A stretch of 64,000 bases of DNA, taken from NCBI GenBank assembly GCA_964520195.1, contig CAZFNX010000002.1:2884-66883 (forward strand). The letters run 5' to 3'. The notes under the pieces were generated by a model that worked only from the letters and a program-made list of their open reading frames with translations, did no database searches and was not told where the DNA came from. Positions within the stretch are counted from its first letter, which is position 1, and the number at the start of each line of letters is the position of its first letter. The translations under genes and the position numbers were made by a program. Of this stretch, positions 54,738-64,000 are shown in pieces. Origin of the DNA: an uncultured Candidatus Saccharibacteria bacterium (GTDB lineage Bacteria; Patescibacteriota; Minisyncoccia; Phycocordibacterales; CAIZLB01).

Positions 54738-55307
54738 ATGCATATAACTTCAGCAACATTTGCACGTGGTGTAACCAATGATCTCAACCTTATACGAGAC
54801 AAACTTCCTCAAGTAGCTTTTGTTGGGCGTTCAAACGTCGGCAAATCTTCAGTCATCAACTCACTTGTTGGAAGAAAAGACCTTGCACGATCTAGCTCCA
54901 CTCCTGGTTTTACAAAAGAGGCAAACTTTTTTCTTATAAATGAAAACACGTACATTGTAGATCTTCCAGGATACGGTTTTGCAAAAGGATCAAAAGTTAT
55001 ACAGGAAAAAATACTCCACCTCATACAATGGTATATATTTCATCCAGAAATAGTTCAGAAAAAAATAGTAGTCATACTCGATGCAAAAGTAGGCCCATCA
55101 TATGATGACATTAACACCATTCGAGAACTCGAAAAACATGGAAAAGATATTGTCCTTGTTGTAAACAAAGTAGATAAGGTCAATCAAAAAGAATTAGCAG
55201 CAACCATGAAAGTAATCAACGAGAATGCTGGTGGACACACTGTTATACCCTACTCAGCAGAGAAAAAGATTGGAGTTCTAAAATTGAGAGAGGTGGTGTT
55301 TGGGTAG
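54738..55307 (+). CDS. engB: Ribosome biogenesis GTPase YihA/EngB
   Basis: GRSNVGKSS, DLPGYG, NKVD. Confidence 0.95.
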   Translation: MHITSATFARGVTNDLNLIRDKLPQVAFVGRSNVGKSSVINSLVGRKDLARSSSTPGFTKEANFFLINENTYIVDLPGYGFAKGSKVIQEKILHLIQWYIFHPEIVQKKIVVILDAKVGPSYDDINTIRELEKHGKDIVLVVNKVDKVNQKELAATMKVINENAGGHTVIPYSAEKKIGVLKLREVVFG

Positions 55308-55484
55308 TTACTCTGTGTACGTATTTTTAATAGTAATGCCATGTTCTAAAATAAGTTTTTTGTAACACACTACACAGATGTGATACTTAATAACCTGAGA
55401 ATCTTTAGATGGTGGACTTAAAAGAATAGCTCCATAGTCTGTCAAAGGTTTTGAACACATGTCGCATGTTGGATGGATTGCCAT
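55308..55484 (-). CDS. 58-aa small Zn-finger protein
   Basis: MAIHPTCDMC...GAILLSPP...HICVVCY; TATAAT-N6-ATG; below ORF-track cutoff. Confidence 0.7.
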   Translation of the reverse strand: MAIHPTCDMCSKPLTDYGAILLSPPSKDSQVIKYHICVVCYKKLILEHGITIKNTYTE

Positions 55485-55531
55485 GGAGTGATTATACTAT
55501 ATTTTCTGTTCAGAGGATCTATGAAATGTTT

Positions 55532-56059
55532 TCAGTGTATGACATATACCGGATGATTATTGACATCAAAACCAATTTGCCTGCCCCCTGCTTTCTTAAG
55601 AAGAGCCTCACCTCCATCACTCCACGCTATACCATATATTTTTTCATACACATATGCATGGGATGCAAAATAATTCCTAGCAAAAGTGATAATATCCATC
55701 GCAATTCCTCTTCTTTGATGTGATGGCTTCACTACAGCTCCTACTATATAGAAAACTGTCAAAACATTCGGCTTAGGATTGGTTTCAAGTAGTCCTAGAA
55801 GTTTTGTATCATCGATAGTCCCATCGAGCACTTTTTTCTCTCCCTCTTGATTTATTGCATAGATTGATACATATCCGACTATATGCCCATTGTCCTCTGC
55901 AATAAATTTAAAGTCGGCACCTTTACATGCTGACCAGTAATCTATAGACCCCATATTTTCGGTAGTTGCACCTGGAATATATTGCAAATCAAGATCGACA
56001 AGCTCATGAATAATAGCTTGCTCATGCGGATCGTCGTGGATACATCTTATTGATAGCAT
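55532..56059 (-). CDS. GNAT-family acetyltransferase
   Basis: VVKPSHQRRGIA acetyl-CoA motif. Confidence 0.8.
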   Translation of the reverse strand: MLSIRCIHDDPHEQAIIHELVDLDLQYIPGATTENMGSIDYWSACKGADFKFIAEDNGHIVGYVSIYAINQEGEKKVLDGTIDDTKLLGLLETNPKPNVLTVFYIVGAVVKPSHQRRGIAMDIITFARNYFASHAYVYEKIYGIAWSDGGEALLKKAGGRQIGFDVNNHPVYVIH

Positions 56060-56074
56060 ACTGTGATGAATGTA

Positions 56075-56728
56075 TTAATTATGTACATCGAAGACAATTA
56101 ACATATCAGTCGATTGGTCATACAGCACATTATCAAAATGAAAATCTTGAAAATTATGAGCTTCCATGATGTCATCTATTACTTTATATCGTTTCAATAA
56201 ATTATTTCTTTTCTCTAAACTCTCCGCATCCACCTTTGCATAGAGAGCTGTAAGATACTCACCTAGGATAACACCGTCTCTCCATTTTGAAACAAAATAT
56301 GTCCTGTCTGTATCTTGATAGCCTAACTGAAAGTCAATCACTTCTACTCCTTCTATCCCTTTAAGTAGCTTCGCTGCATTCTCAAGAGATTTAAATTCTT
56401 CCGCACCACGACCTGTGCCATCTGATAGGCCTGGGACATCTTTTATAAAAAAAGATTCTTTATCAACTTGAGCTTTGAAATATATAGCCTTTCCTACAGG
56501 CTCTCCTTCAGATACACCCTCTCCTGCAGATCCAATGACTTTTAATTTTAAATCACCTTCTTCAAATATATCTCCATACATAAGTCGTTTTGTTTCTTTT
56601 GCCTCATTGATTTTATTCATGAGTGAATGAAAAGAACCAATGATACCACGATGTTTTCCAATCATTTCTTTAAAGGAAACTGAATGAACCAGTTCAGGAG
56701 ACACTGAGAGGGTTTCTAGATTTCGCAT
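56075..56728 (-). CDS. Protein-kinase-like fold protein
   Basis: FFIK...E, DFHFDNVL, IVFD. Confidence 0.55.
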   Translation of the reverse strand: MRNLETLSVSPELVHSVSFKEMIGKHRGIIGSFHSLMNKINEAKETKRLMYGDIFEEGDLKLKVIGSAGEGVSEGEPVGKAIYFKAQVDKESFFIKDVPGLSDGTGRGAEEFKSLENAAKLLKGIEGVEVIDFQLGYQDTDRTYFVSKWRDGVILGEYLTALYAKVDAESLEKRNNLLKRYKVIDDIMEAHNFQDFHFDNVLYDQSTDMLIVFDVHN

Positions 56729-56766
56729 ATACAGTAAGTATACCACGCGTGATATACTTACTGTAT
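56729..56766. promoter_or_regulatory. 38-bp near-perfect palindrome forming back-to-back -10 promoters
   Basis: ATACAGTAAGTATA-c-CACGCGTG-a-TATACTTACTGTAT. Confidence 0.75.
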
Positions 56767-57277
56767 GCCTGTTTTATGTCATATCGCCGGACCGTCAGGG
56801 AGTGGAAAGACAACCATTCTTGCAAAAATACAGAAGCTTTACCCAACAATAATCACCAAAGATCTGGATGATTTTGACGATGAGGCATCAGCCATATTGA
56901 AACTTGATTCTGTGCAGAAAAAACACTGGAATGACACTGATCTTTTACACCTTGCAAAGTTGCGACAGAAATTAATGGATGAATTTCTTAGGTTACACAA
57001 GGAAGATACGGTAGTCTTTGCAGGATTTCATACTGAAGATTCCCATATATTACATATTCCTACACAAAATAGATTTCTGCTTGATACAGATGCGAAAACG
57101 AGTGCAACAAGAGCTTTCGAACGCAGTCAGAATGAGAGAATTGAACACAGAAGAAAAATAGAGGATTTGGAATTAGATATTCAAGATGCACAGAAAGAGA
57201 TTGATTTTCTAATGAGTCAGGGGTATGTGAAAATATCGAGTGAAGATATATTAAATTTTATTGAGGAAAATATGTAG
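56765..57277 (+). CDS. P-loop nucleotide kinase-like protein
   Basis: IAGPSGSGKTT, DLDD. Confidence 0.7.
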   Translation: MPVLCHIAGPSGSGKTTILAKIQKLYPTIITKDLDDFDDEASAILKLDSVQKKHWNDTDLLHLAKLRQKLMDEFLRLHKEDTVVFAGFHTEDSHILHIPTQNRFLLDTDAKTSATRAFERSQNERIEHRRKIEDLELDIQDAQKEIDFLMSQGYVKISSEDILNFIEENM

Positions 57278-57296
57278 AGCTTGGGCACCCAAGAAA

Positions 57297-57331
57297 GTTA
57301 CCCCCTCTCGTGCTAGCTCGAATTGGCGGGC
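57297..57331. repeat. Direct repeat, copy 1 (begins with tRNA-Trp 3' end + CCA on minus strand)
   Basis: GTTACCCCCTCTCGTGCTAGCTCGAATTGGCGGGC, recurs at 57943-57976. Confidence 0.9.
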
Positions 57332-57451
57332 GCATTCGTGCTAGAACCCCAGCATGTTAAGACCTGTAAGGTCGGTTTGTAATGATTTGAGTGTAGCATA
57401 TCGACCCTACTCGTGCAGACTGGAAAATTATAAATCCATCTACATATTCTA

Positions 57452-57901
57452 CTAATTTGAGAAACTAGAAATACTCCACGTATTCACAACCGAAACTGCT
57501 TTAACCTTCTTTCTCGCCTCAGGCTTTATAAATTTTTGTCCTGGAGCATCAGTCTCCACGATTGAATACTGAATTTCAAATCGTCTACCATTTTCAGGAT
57601 TATTGAAATAAATTCCAGAACGAGAGCCTGAAGCATTCAAAGACCATGACTCTTGTAGATCATCTGGTAATACATACACCCCTTCAGGAAATTTCTTTAG
57701 TTCTTCAATTGCATCTGCCGATGATTCAGTTGTCAGCACCGCATTACCCCATTCAGTAAAACCTGGAATACTTCGTTTTAACATTTCCACCACAGGTCTC
57801 CTTTGCTCACTTTCAAAATCTTCATTTTCATTACCAGCTTGTGCCTGGCGCAATGCTTCGTTTGCAGATTTACTAAATGTTGGTTTTTCCATAATAAACA
57901 T
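57452..57901 (-). CDS. Hypothetical protein between direct repeats
   Basis: 149-aa ORF. Confidence 0.65.
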   Translation of the reverse strand: MFIMEKPTFSKSANEALRQAQAGNENEDFESEQRRPVVEMLKRSIPGFTEWGNAVLTTESSADAIEELKKFPEGVYVLPDDLQESWSLNASGSRSGIYFNNPENGRRFEIQYSIVETDAPGQKFIKPEARKKVKAVSVVNTWSISSFSN

Positions 57902-57942
57902 ATTATAACAAACTCTAAAGTAATATTCTAACGCACGAGACG

Positions 57943-57976
57943 GTTACCCCTCTCGTGCTAGCTCGAATTGGCGGGC
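57943..57976. repeat. Direct repeat, copy 2
   Basis: Identical to 57297-57331 except for one C in the C run. Confidence 0.9.
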
Positions 57977-58068
57977 CCACTAGGACTCGACCGTTACACG
58001 GTCAGTACACCTTTGCGGTTTTATTCGGAGCAAAGCTCCTCAAAAACATCGCAAAGCTTTTCGAGTCC
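57969..58068 (-). repeat. tRNA-3'-end-linked nested-hairpin element, copy B, with 20-bp tRNA-Trp 3' duplication
   Basis: 57971-57990 identical to 58114-58133; core shared with 10931-11026. Confidence 0.88.
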
Positions 58069-58114
58069 GAAAAATCCTAAGGATTTTTCAGCTCTATAAC
58101 ATTCTGATGTTTTG

Positions 58115-58186
58115 CGGGCCCACTAGGACTCGAACCTAGAACCTCGCGTTTGGAGTGCGATGTTTTACCATTGAAACTATGGACCC
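58115..58186 (-). tRNA. tRNA-Trp(CCA)
   Basis: GGGTCCA/TGGGCCC acceptor; TCGCA-CTCCAAA-CGCGA. Confidence 0.93.
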
Positions 58187-58251
58187 ATATACAAAAAACT
58201 GTACATACACGAGTGTAGCACAGTTTTTTGTCTTTGTCTTTTCAGGAGAAA

Positions 58252-58416
58252 TTATTTCTTTGTCTCTTCAAAAACCTCTCGTTTTCGAGTTACTTTACTA
58301 TACTTCTTAAGTTTAAGCTTTGGCATAGTAGAAGACCCAGCCTTACCTGACTTGTGTATGTAAATAATTTCTTTTGTTTTTTTATTTTTTAGTTTAACTA
58401 ATTTTTTCTGTGGCAT
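58252..58416 (-). CDS. rpmG: 50S ribosomal protein L33 (Cys-free)
   Basis: MPQKKLVKL...KLKLKKYSKVTRKREVFEETKK; between tRNA-Tyr and tRNA-Trp; not in ORF track. Confidence 0.85.
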   Translation of the reverse strand: MPQKKLVKLKNKKTKEIIYIHKSGKAGSSTMPKLKLKKYSKVTRKREVFEETKK

Positions 58417-58440
58417 ATGTTTTTATTACTTTAAATTTGT

Positions 58441-58526
58441 TGGTGCGCAGAGTAGGATTTGAACCTACGTAGCCCGAAGGCGTCTGATTTACAGTCAGAT
58501 GCGATTGACCACTCCGCCATCTGCGC
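58441..58526 (-). tRNA. tRNA-Tyr(GTA)
   Basis: TCTGA-CTGTAAA-TCAGA; long variable arm; ends ACCA. Confidence 0.96.
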
Positions 58527-58634
58527 ATACTGTGTATAGGTCCTTATAATACACTATTTTACAGAAAAAACAATGGCTTTTTAGAAATAGAAAAAGAGGC
58601 CTCACGAGACCTCTCTATCTATAATCTATATGTC

Positions 58635-61325
58635 TTATTTTCCTTCCACTTCAGTTTCAACCTTTTTAGACTTATGAGATGAAGTAGTCTTTTTAATATC
58701 AAACTTTAACTTTCCTTCTTTATCTAGATCTATCACGACTCGAGCATTTTCTCGAAGACCATCTGTAATCATCATAGATGCAAGAGGGGTAAGTATTTTT
58801 GATTGGATCAAACGACGAAGTGGTCGAGCACCGTACTGTGGACTATACCCTTCTTTAGCAAGATAATCATACACAGCTGGTTTGAACTCAAGAACAATCT
58901 CTTTTTCTGCAAGTCGAGCATGAATCTTCTGCACTTCAATATCAACAATCTTACGGATAGCCTCAGGACCAAGAACATCGAAGAGAATAATCTCATCGAT
59001 ACGGTTCAAAAACTCAGGCTTAAAGTTATCTTTCAAGGCACCCATAACTTTATCTTTCATACCATCATATGTTTGCTTATCATCATCTGATGATGCAAAA
59101 CCAATAGTCTGCATACGATCGATATACTGAGCACCGATATTTGATGTCATAATAATGATTGTATTTTTAAAGTTAACAGTTCTACCTTTTGAATCAGTAA
59201 GACGACCATTATCAAGTACTTGTAGAAGAATGTTGAAAATATCTGGATGAGCTTTTTCAATCTCATCAAAAAGAATCACTGAATATGGTTTGTGTTTTAC
59301 CTTATCAACAAGAGTTCCACTATCTTCGTGGCCAACATATCCTGGTGGTGCTCCAATAATCTTAGATACTGTATGTCTCTCACCGTACTCAGACATGTCT
59401 ACTCGAATCAAAGATTTTTCATCGTTAAACATAAACTGTGCAAGCGCTTTTGTAAGTTCTGTCTTTCCTACTCCGGTTGGACCAAGGAATATAAATGAAC
59501 CTATAGGACGAAGTGGATCATGAATACCAACTCGTGATCGTTTAATCGTATCAACAACACGTTTTACTGCATCATCTTGACCTATCACTTGACCTTTCAA
59601 AACATCTTCCATACGAGCAAGTTTTGAAACTTCTTCCTCAAGCATACTTGTCACAGGAATACCTGTCCATCGAGCAACTACATGAGCAATATCAGCTTCA
59701 TTAATCTCTTCTTTCAAAACTCGTTTTTTAGTATCAAGCTTATGAAGTTTCTTAAGTTTACTTTCGAGATCTTTTTCAAGAAGAGGTAGTTTACCATATC
59801 GAATCTCAGCCGCCTTAGATAGATCAGCTCGAGCCTCTGCTCGTTCAGCTTCTTGTCGAAGTGTTTCCATCATTTTTTTAATATCTTTGATTGCATTGAT
59901 AGATTCTTTTTCGTTGATCCATTTTGCCTCAACATCCTTAATACCATCTTTAACTTCAGCTATACTGTCTTCAATATCTTTAATACGATCTTTAGTTACT
60001 TTATTTTCAGGATCCTTAAGAAGTGCTTCACGCTCTATCTCAAGACGCATAATCTTTCTATGCGCATCTTCAACTGCTTGTGGTTTATTTTCCAAAGATA
60101 TCTTAAGTGTTGATGCAGCTTCATCTATGAGATCGACTGCTTTATCAGGAAGTTGTCTATCTGTAATATATCGAGCTGAAAGTTTTACTGCAGCAACAAT
60201 AGCTTCATCAAGAATACGTACTCCATGGAACAATTCATATTTATCTTTTAATCCTCGAAGAATTGCAGTTGCATCTTCAATACTTGGTTCATCAACATAT
60301 ACAGGTTGAAAACGTCTTTGTAATGCAGGATCTTTTTCAATATGTTTTTGATATTCGCGAAGTGTTGTTGCACCTATAGCCTTAAGCTCACCTCGAGCAA
60401 GTGCAGGCTTTAGCATGTTTGATGCATCAAGTGACCCTTCTGCTCCACCTGCCCCCATAATAGTATGAGTCTCATCTATAAAAAGAATAACTCGACCATC
60501 TGCCTTTTCTATTTCTTTTAAAATATTTTTCAAACGATCTTCGAACTCACCTCTATACTTTGTACCAGCGACAAGTGAACCCATATCAAGAGATAGAAGC
60601 TCTTTATCTTTCAGAGACTCTGGAACATCACCCAGTGCAATACGATTTGCAAGACCTTCAACAATAGCAGTCTTCCCTACTCCTGCTTCACCAAGAAGAA
60701 TAGGATTGTTCTTTGTTCGACGTGAGAGAATCTGTATCACACGAGAAATCTCAGAATCTCGACCAATCACAGGATCAAGTTTATGTTCACGAGCCAACGC
60801 TGTCAGGTTACGAGTATATTTTGTTAGAGCCTTAGTCTTTTTTCCTTCACCAGATTGTGTTACTGCACCCTGTCCTTTTTGAGCTTTGAGAGATTCGAGA
60901 ACTTTGAGACACCCTTCTTTGTCTATGTTAAATTTTTCAATCAACTCTCGAGCAGAGTTAAGTGAATCAAAAAATGCAATAAACAAATGTTCAACTGATA
61001 CAAAATTGTCTTTTGTCTGTGTAGCCACAATACCTGAAGATTCTATAACTGCAGCAAGTTCTGGAGTCAAAAACAGCTAATATGCAGGACTAAGTGTATT
61101 TGAAGATTCACCGCCATCTATAGCCTCAAGAGCATTATCAAGCATCAAAGGAAAATCAACTTCCATCTTTTCAAGCATAGTAATAACCAAAGAATCCTCT
61201 TGATTGAGCAATGCAGCCAAAAGGTGCATAGGCTGAACATTTGTCTGCCCTCGTTCAATAGCAAGCTCGTGTGCACGGCGTATAGCCTCTTTTGCACGTG
61301 TAGTAAAATGATTCATATGTGGCAT
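58635..61325 (-). CDS. clpB: ClpB chaperone with in-frame TAG at 61077-61079 inside the Clp-N domain
   Basis: [10 protein letters not shown]-domain; two AAA modules (GVGKT x2); M-domain; frame continues SPAY*LFLTPEL. Confidence 0.9.
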
Positions 61326-61502
61326 ATACTATGAGTATAACACAGATGTCAACCTTTCCAGGCCTTATGATTACTATATGATTACTATCTCATGGGTCGA
61401 AGGATATGTTGTATCTAGGAAATGGAAAAATATAAAAAAGCTCCCTTAGGCCACAGAAGCAGCAAAAGGGAGAGGGTGTTCAGGGGAAATACGTGAGAAA
61501 AA

Positions 61503-61982
61503 TTATTCTTGTTCTGGTTTGGTAGTGTCTCTGGGAAAGACGATAAACCACAGGCCTTTGATCAGATACCAAAGATATGAACCTACGATATTTAAACCAG
61601 TAACCACTAACAAGAAAACAATGAGCGAAAGATTACAACCCAACTTCACAGGCCAAAAAAGCATCATGAAAAGATAATACAAAACTTTGAGATAGTATTG
61701 TTTTCCATCGCTTATAAATAAAATTATGAGTGTTGTAAACTCTTGATCATCATTTTCCTTTTCCTTGATAAACATTCCTTGTGCCCAGCAAGTATCACGT
61801 TTAGCACTAGAAGAGTTTGCAAAACATAGAGGAAAAAGAATAAAGGCTACAGTGGAATCATTATGAGGCCTGGTCCACAAATTCCATGAATATCGAGCCA
61901 AGATATTGCCGAGAGAAAGGTAAACCAATGCCCAAAACAATACACTGTGATGCGTCAAACAAAAATCAAATAAATTGTTCAT
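61503..61982 (-). CDS. Hypothetical membrane protein (orphan)
   Basis: AGGAG SD before ATG 61982; several TMs; terminator 61434-61476. Confidence 0.6.
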   Translation of the reverse strand: MNNLFDFCLTHHSVLFWALVYLSLGNILARYSWNLWTRPHNDSTVAFILFPLCFANSSSAKRDTCWAQGMFIKEKENDDQEFTTLIILFISDGKQYYLKVLYYLFMMLFWPVKLGCNLSLIVFLLVVTGLNIVGSYLWYLIKGLWFIVFPRDTTKPEQE

Positions 61983-62128
61983 AATAATGTGCTCCTGAAT
62001 TGAATTTTCAAATAGTACATCAATCAGCACGGTGCCTTTTGATAGGTACAAAATACCACAAGAAAACATGGATAACAATCCCCTACAATCACAAGCATAT
62101 CATTGACACATATGGTATTATTGCACCC

Positions 62129-63238
62129 ATGAAAGACTACTATAAGACCCTTGGAGTAAAGAAAGATGCATCACAAGATGAGATCAAAAAGGCGTTTAGA
62201 AAACTCGCCCTCGAACATCACCCTGATAAAACAGGAGGTAAAGATGAAAAGTTTAAAGAGATCAACGAAGCATACAGCACCCTTTCGGACGAAAAGAAAC
62301 GAAAGCAATACGATATGTACGGATCAGACGGACCACAAAGTCGAGCCGGATATGGAGGAGGACAAGGATTTGGTGGATTTGATTTTTCTGGATTTCAACA
62401 AGGTCAAGGTGATATAGAGTTTGATCTTGGTGATATTTTTGGATCTATGTTTGGTGGAGGCCGTGGACGCGGAGGATCACGAGGTGGACGATCTCGAACA
62501 CGAGGGGCCGATATTGCAGTTGATGTTACACTTACATTTAAAGAATCAGCTCTTGGTATAGACAAACACATAGAGTACTCTCGCCATAAAGCATGTGAGA
62601 CATGTAAAGGAACAAAGGCAGAACCTGGTAGTGAGTTAAAAACCTGTAGTACGTGTAAAGGTAAAGGTAGTGTAACAAAAGTATCACGATCTATTTTTGG
62701 AAATGTAGAACAGGAATATGTATGTGACACCTGTGATGGTGCTGGCAAGATTCCAACAAAGTTGTGTCACACATGTAAAGGTGCTGGTATTACAAAACAA
62801 AAAGAATCTCTCACAGTACACATCCCTGCCGGTATACAAACAGGTGAATCACTTCGTGTACAAGGACGAGGTGAGGTTGAGGCGGGTTCTGGAAATATTG
62901 CTGGTGATTTATATATACGAGTACATGTTAAAGCAGATCCGGTGTTTACAAAAGAGAAAAGCACTGTATATATGACACAAACCATTCCCCTATCAGTTGC
63001 CCTTGCTGGAGGTGATGTAACAGTGCACAGTTTTGATCAAGATTTTACCTTAAGTGTTCCTGCAGGTGTTTCAAATATGGACATCCTTCGTGCACGAGAA
63101 AAAGGAGGAGTTATAGATAGCAATCGAGGCGGACATAAACATGGTGATATGTTGATTACCATCAAAGTAACTATGCCGAAAAAAGTTACGGCTGAAGTAA
63201 AACAAGCAGTGGAGCTGTTGAAGAAGGGTGGGTTTTAA
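62129..63238 (+). CDS. dnaJ: Chaperone DnaJ
   Basis: J domain HPD, G/F region, four CxxCxGxG-type repeats. Confidence 0.96.
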   Translation: MKDYYKTLGVKKDASQDEIKKAFRKLALEHHPDKTGGKDEKFKEINEAYSTLSDEKKRKQYDMYGSDGPQSRAGYGGGQGFGGFDFSGFQQGQGDIEFDLGDIFGSMFGGGRGRGGSRGGRSRTRGADIAVDVTLTFKESALGIDKHIEYSRHKACETCKGTKAEPGSELKTCSTCKGKGSVTKVSRSIFGNVEQEYVCDTCDGAGKIPTKLCHTCKGAGITKQKESLTVHIPAGIQTGESLRVQGRGEVEAGSGNIAGDLYIRVHVKADPVFTKEKSTVYMTQTIPLSVALAGGDVTVHSFDQDFTLSVPAGVSNMDILRAREKGGVIDSNRGGHKHGDMLITIKVTMPKKVTAEVKQAVELLKKGGF

Positions 63239-63246
63239 AAAGACTA

Positions 63247-63274
63247 TTGACACTTATATCTATATTGATATAAT
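63247..63274 (+). promoter_or_regulatory. Consensus sigma70 promoter with no downstream CDS
   Basis: TTGACA-N16-TATAAT. Confidence 0.7.
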
Positions 63275-63408
63275 AAAAAAACATTTTGGGGATTTCCCAC
63301 GACTTCACATAAGTGAAGGCAATCAATGAAGACTTTACATTATAGCTATGTAGAGTTTTTATTTTTTAAAATATAACTCTATCATTTTTTCATAAATTAT
63401 ATACTGAT

Positions 63409-63732
63409 TTAATTCATTAATCTTTTATAATCTATAATACGAATTTGATGCAGGCATAAAGTTGAAATTTTATATGACTGCTTAATTTGAACAAACCAAC
63501 TTCCTATTTTTATTTTTGATGTCATTGGAATACAGAGAAATAAAGTTAGGCTTAATTTTTTATAAATATATACAGGCCGAGCAAAATTGTCACCCTTACC
63601 ATTTATTTCACGTCCAACATTTTCGCCAATGTTTACCCACCAAATATCATGTTCTTGAACATATGGAGGCTTATATTTCCTGTCATCTATTTTATTTTTA
63701 ACTAGTATCCACTCTTTAAATTTTTTTATCAT
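63409..63732 (-). CDS. MazF/PemK-like toxin, solo, possibly C-terminally truncated
   Basis: DIWWVNIGENVGREINGK...RPV...IPMTSK...QIRIIDYKRL. Confidence 0.8.
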   Translation of the reverse strand: MIKKFKEWILVKNKIDDRKYKPPYVQEHDIWWVNIGENVGREINGKGDNFARPVYIYKKLSLTLFLCIPMTSKIKIGSWFVQIKQSYKISTLCLHQIRIIDYKRLMN

Positions 63733-63788
63733 GTAAACAATTTAACTAAGCCGTGTTAAATTTTTTACAAATAAAAAATAAATTTCTG

Positions 63789-63862
63789 AGCCAATGGCCG
63801 GAGTTGAACCGGCGACCTACTCCTTACCATGGAGTTGCTCTACCGCACTGAGCTACATCGGC
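63789..63862 (-). tRNA. tRNA-Thr(GGT)
   Basis: GCCGATG/CATTGGC acceptor; ACTCC-ATGGTAA-GGAGT. Confidence 0.95.
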
Positions 63863-63911
63863 ATACGGATGAATATCCTCTTAGGATACTCACTTGAAAC
63901 TTGATTATACA

Positions 63912-64000
63912 CTAGTCTCGTTTTCTCTCAAGATACACACTAATAGTTCTTCGTTTATGAGGTTTTCCATCTTTTGTCACATGCTTATATGAACGTATCA
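63912..64000 (-). CDS. C-terminal end of a gene starting beyond the window
   Basis: Open frame ...IRSYKHVTKDGKPHKRRTISVYLERKRD*. Confidence 0.4.
   Translation of the reverse strand, partial: IRSYKHVTKDGKPHKRRTISVYLERKRD

Noticed and set aside
57969-58133. Intron-containing or split tRNA-Trp
   Set aside because: The upstream tRNA is already complete; the extra sequence is a 3'-end duplication.
61326-61400. CIRCE/HrcA or CtsR box upstream of clpB
   Set aside because: No TTAGCACTC-N9-GAGTGCTAA; only a short ATGATTACTAT tandem duplication of unclear meaning.

Overview
AT-rich chromosomal window from a Patescibacteria/CPR bacterium, probably Parcubacteria-like. This is inferred from the streamlined gene set, two pilMNO loci, a NusB-NUDIX fusion and the scarcity of Shine-Dalgarno sites. 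Translation table 11 fits, since TGA and TAG both end ordinary genes. Core content: PIF1-like helicase, ruvX, rnc, nusB, rpmF, dnaE, tgt, gatA/gatC, ligA, a type IV pilus/competence cluster, a DEAD-box helicase, engB, rpmG, clpB, dnaJ and 7 tRNAs. Accessory content: a copper-resistance island at tRNA-Ser with a recombinase remnant, a cassette-like array behind tRNA-Trp, large Cys-rich surface proteins and a solo MazF/PemK-like gene. Most notable: (1) a ~90-nt nested-hairpin element found twice (10931-11026 and 57969-58068) with compensatory base changes, each copy fused to a duplicated 3' end of a different tRNA; (2) a candidate ~160-nt structured ncRNA between dnaE and tgt; (3) in-frame TAG codons in clpB and in a surface-protein gene; (4) a consensus promoter driving a putative sRNA convergent on the solo MazF-like toxin. 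All product calls come from motif recognition by eye; no database searches were run.
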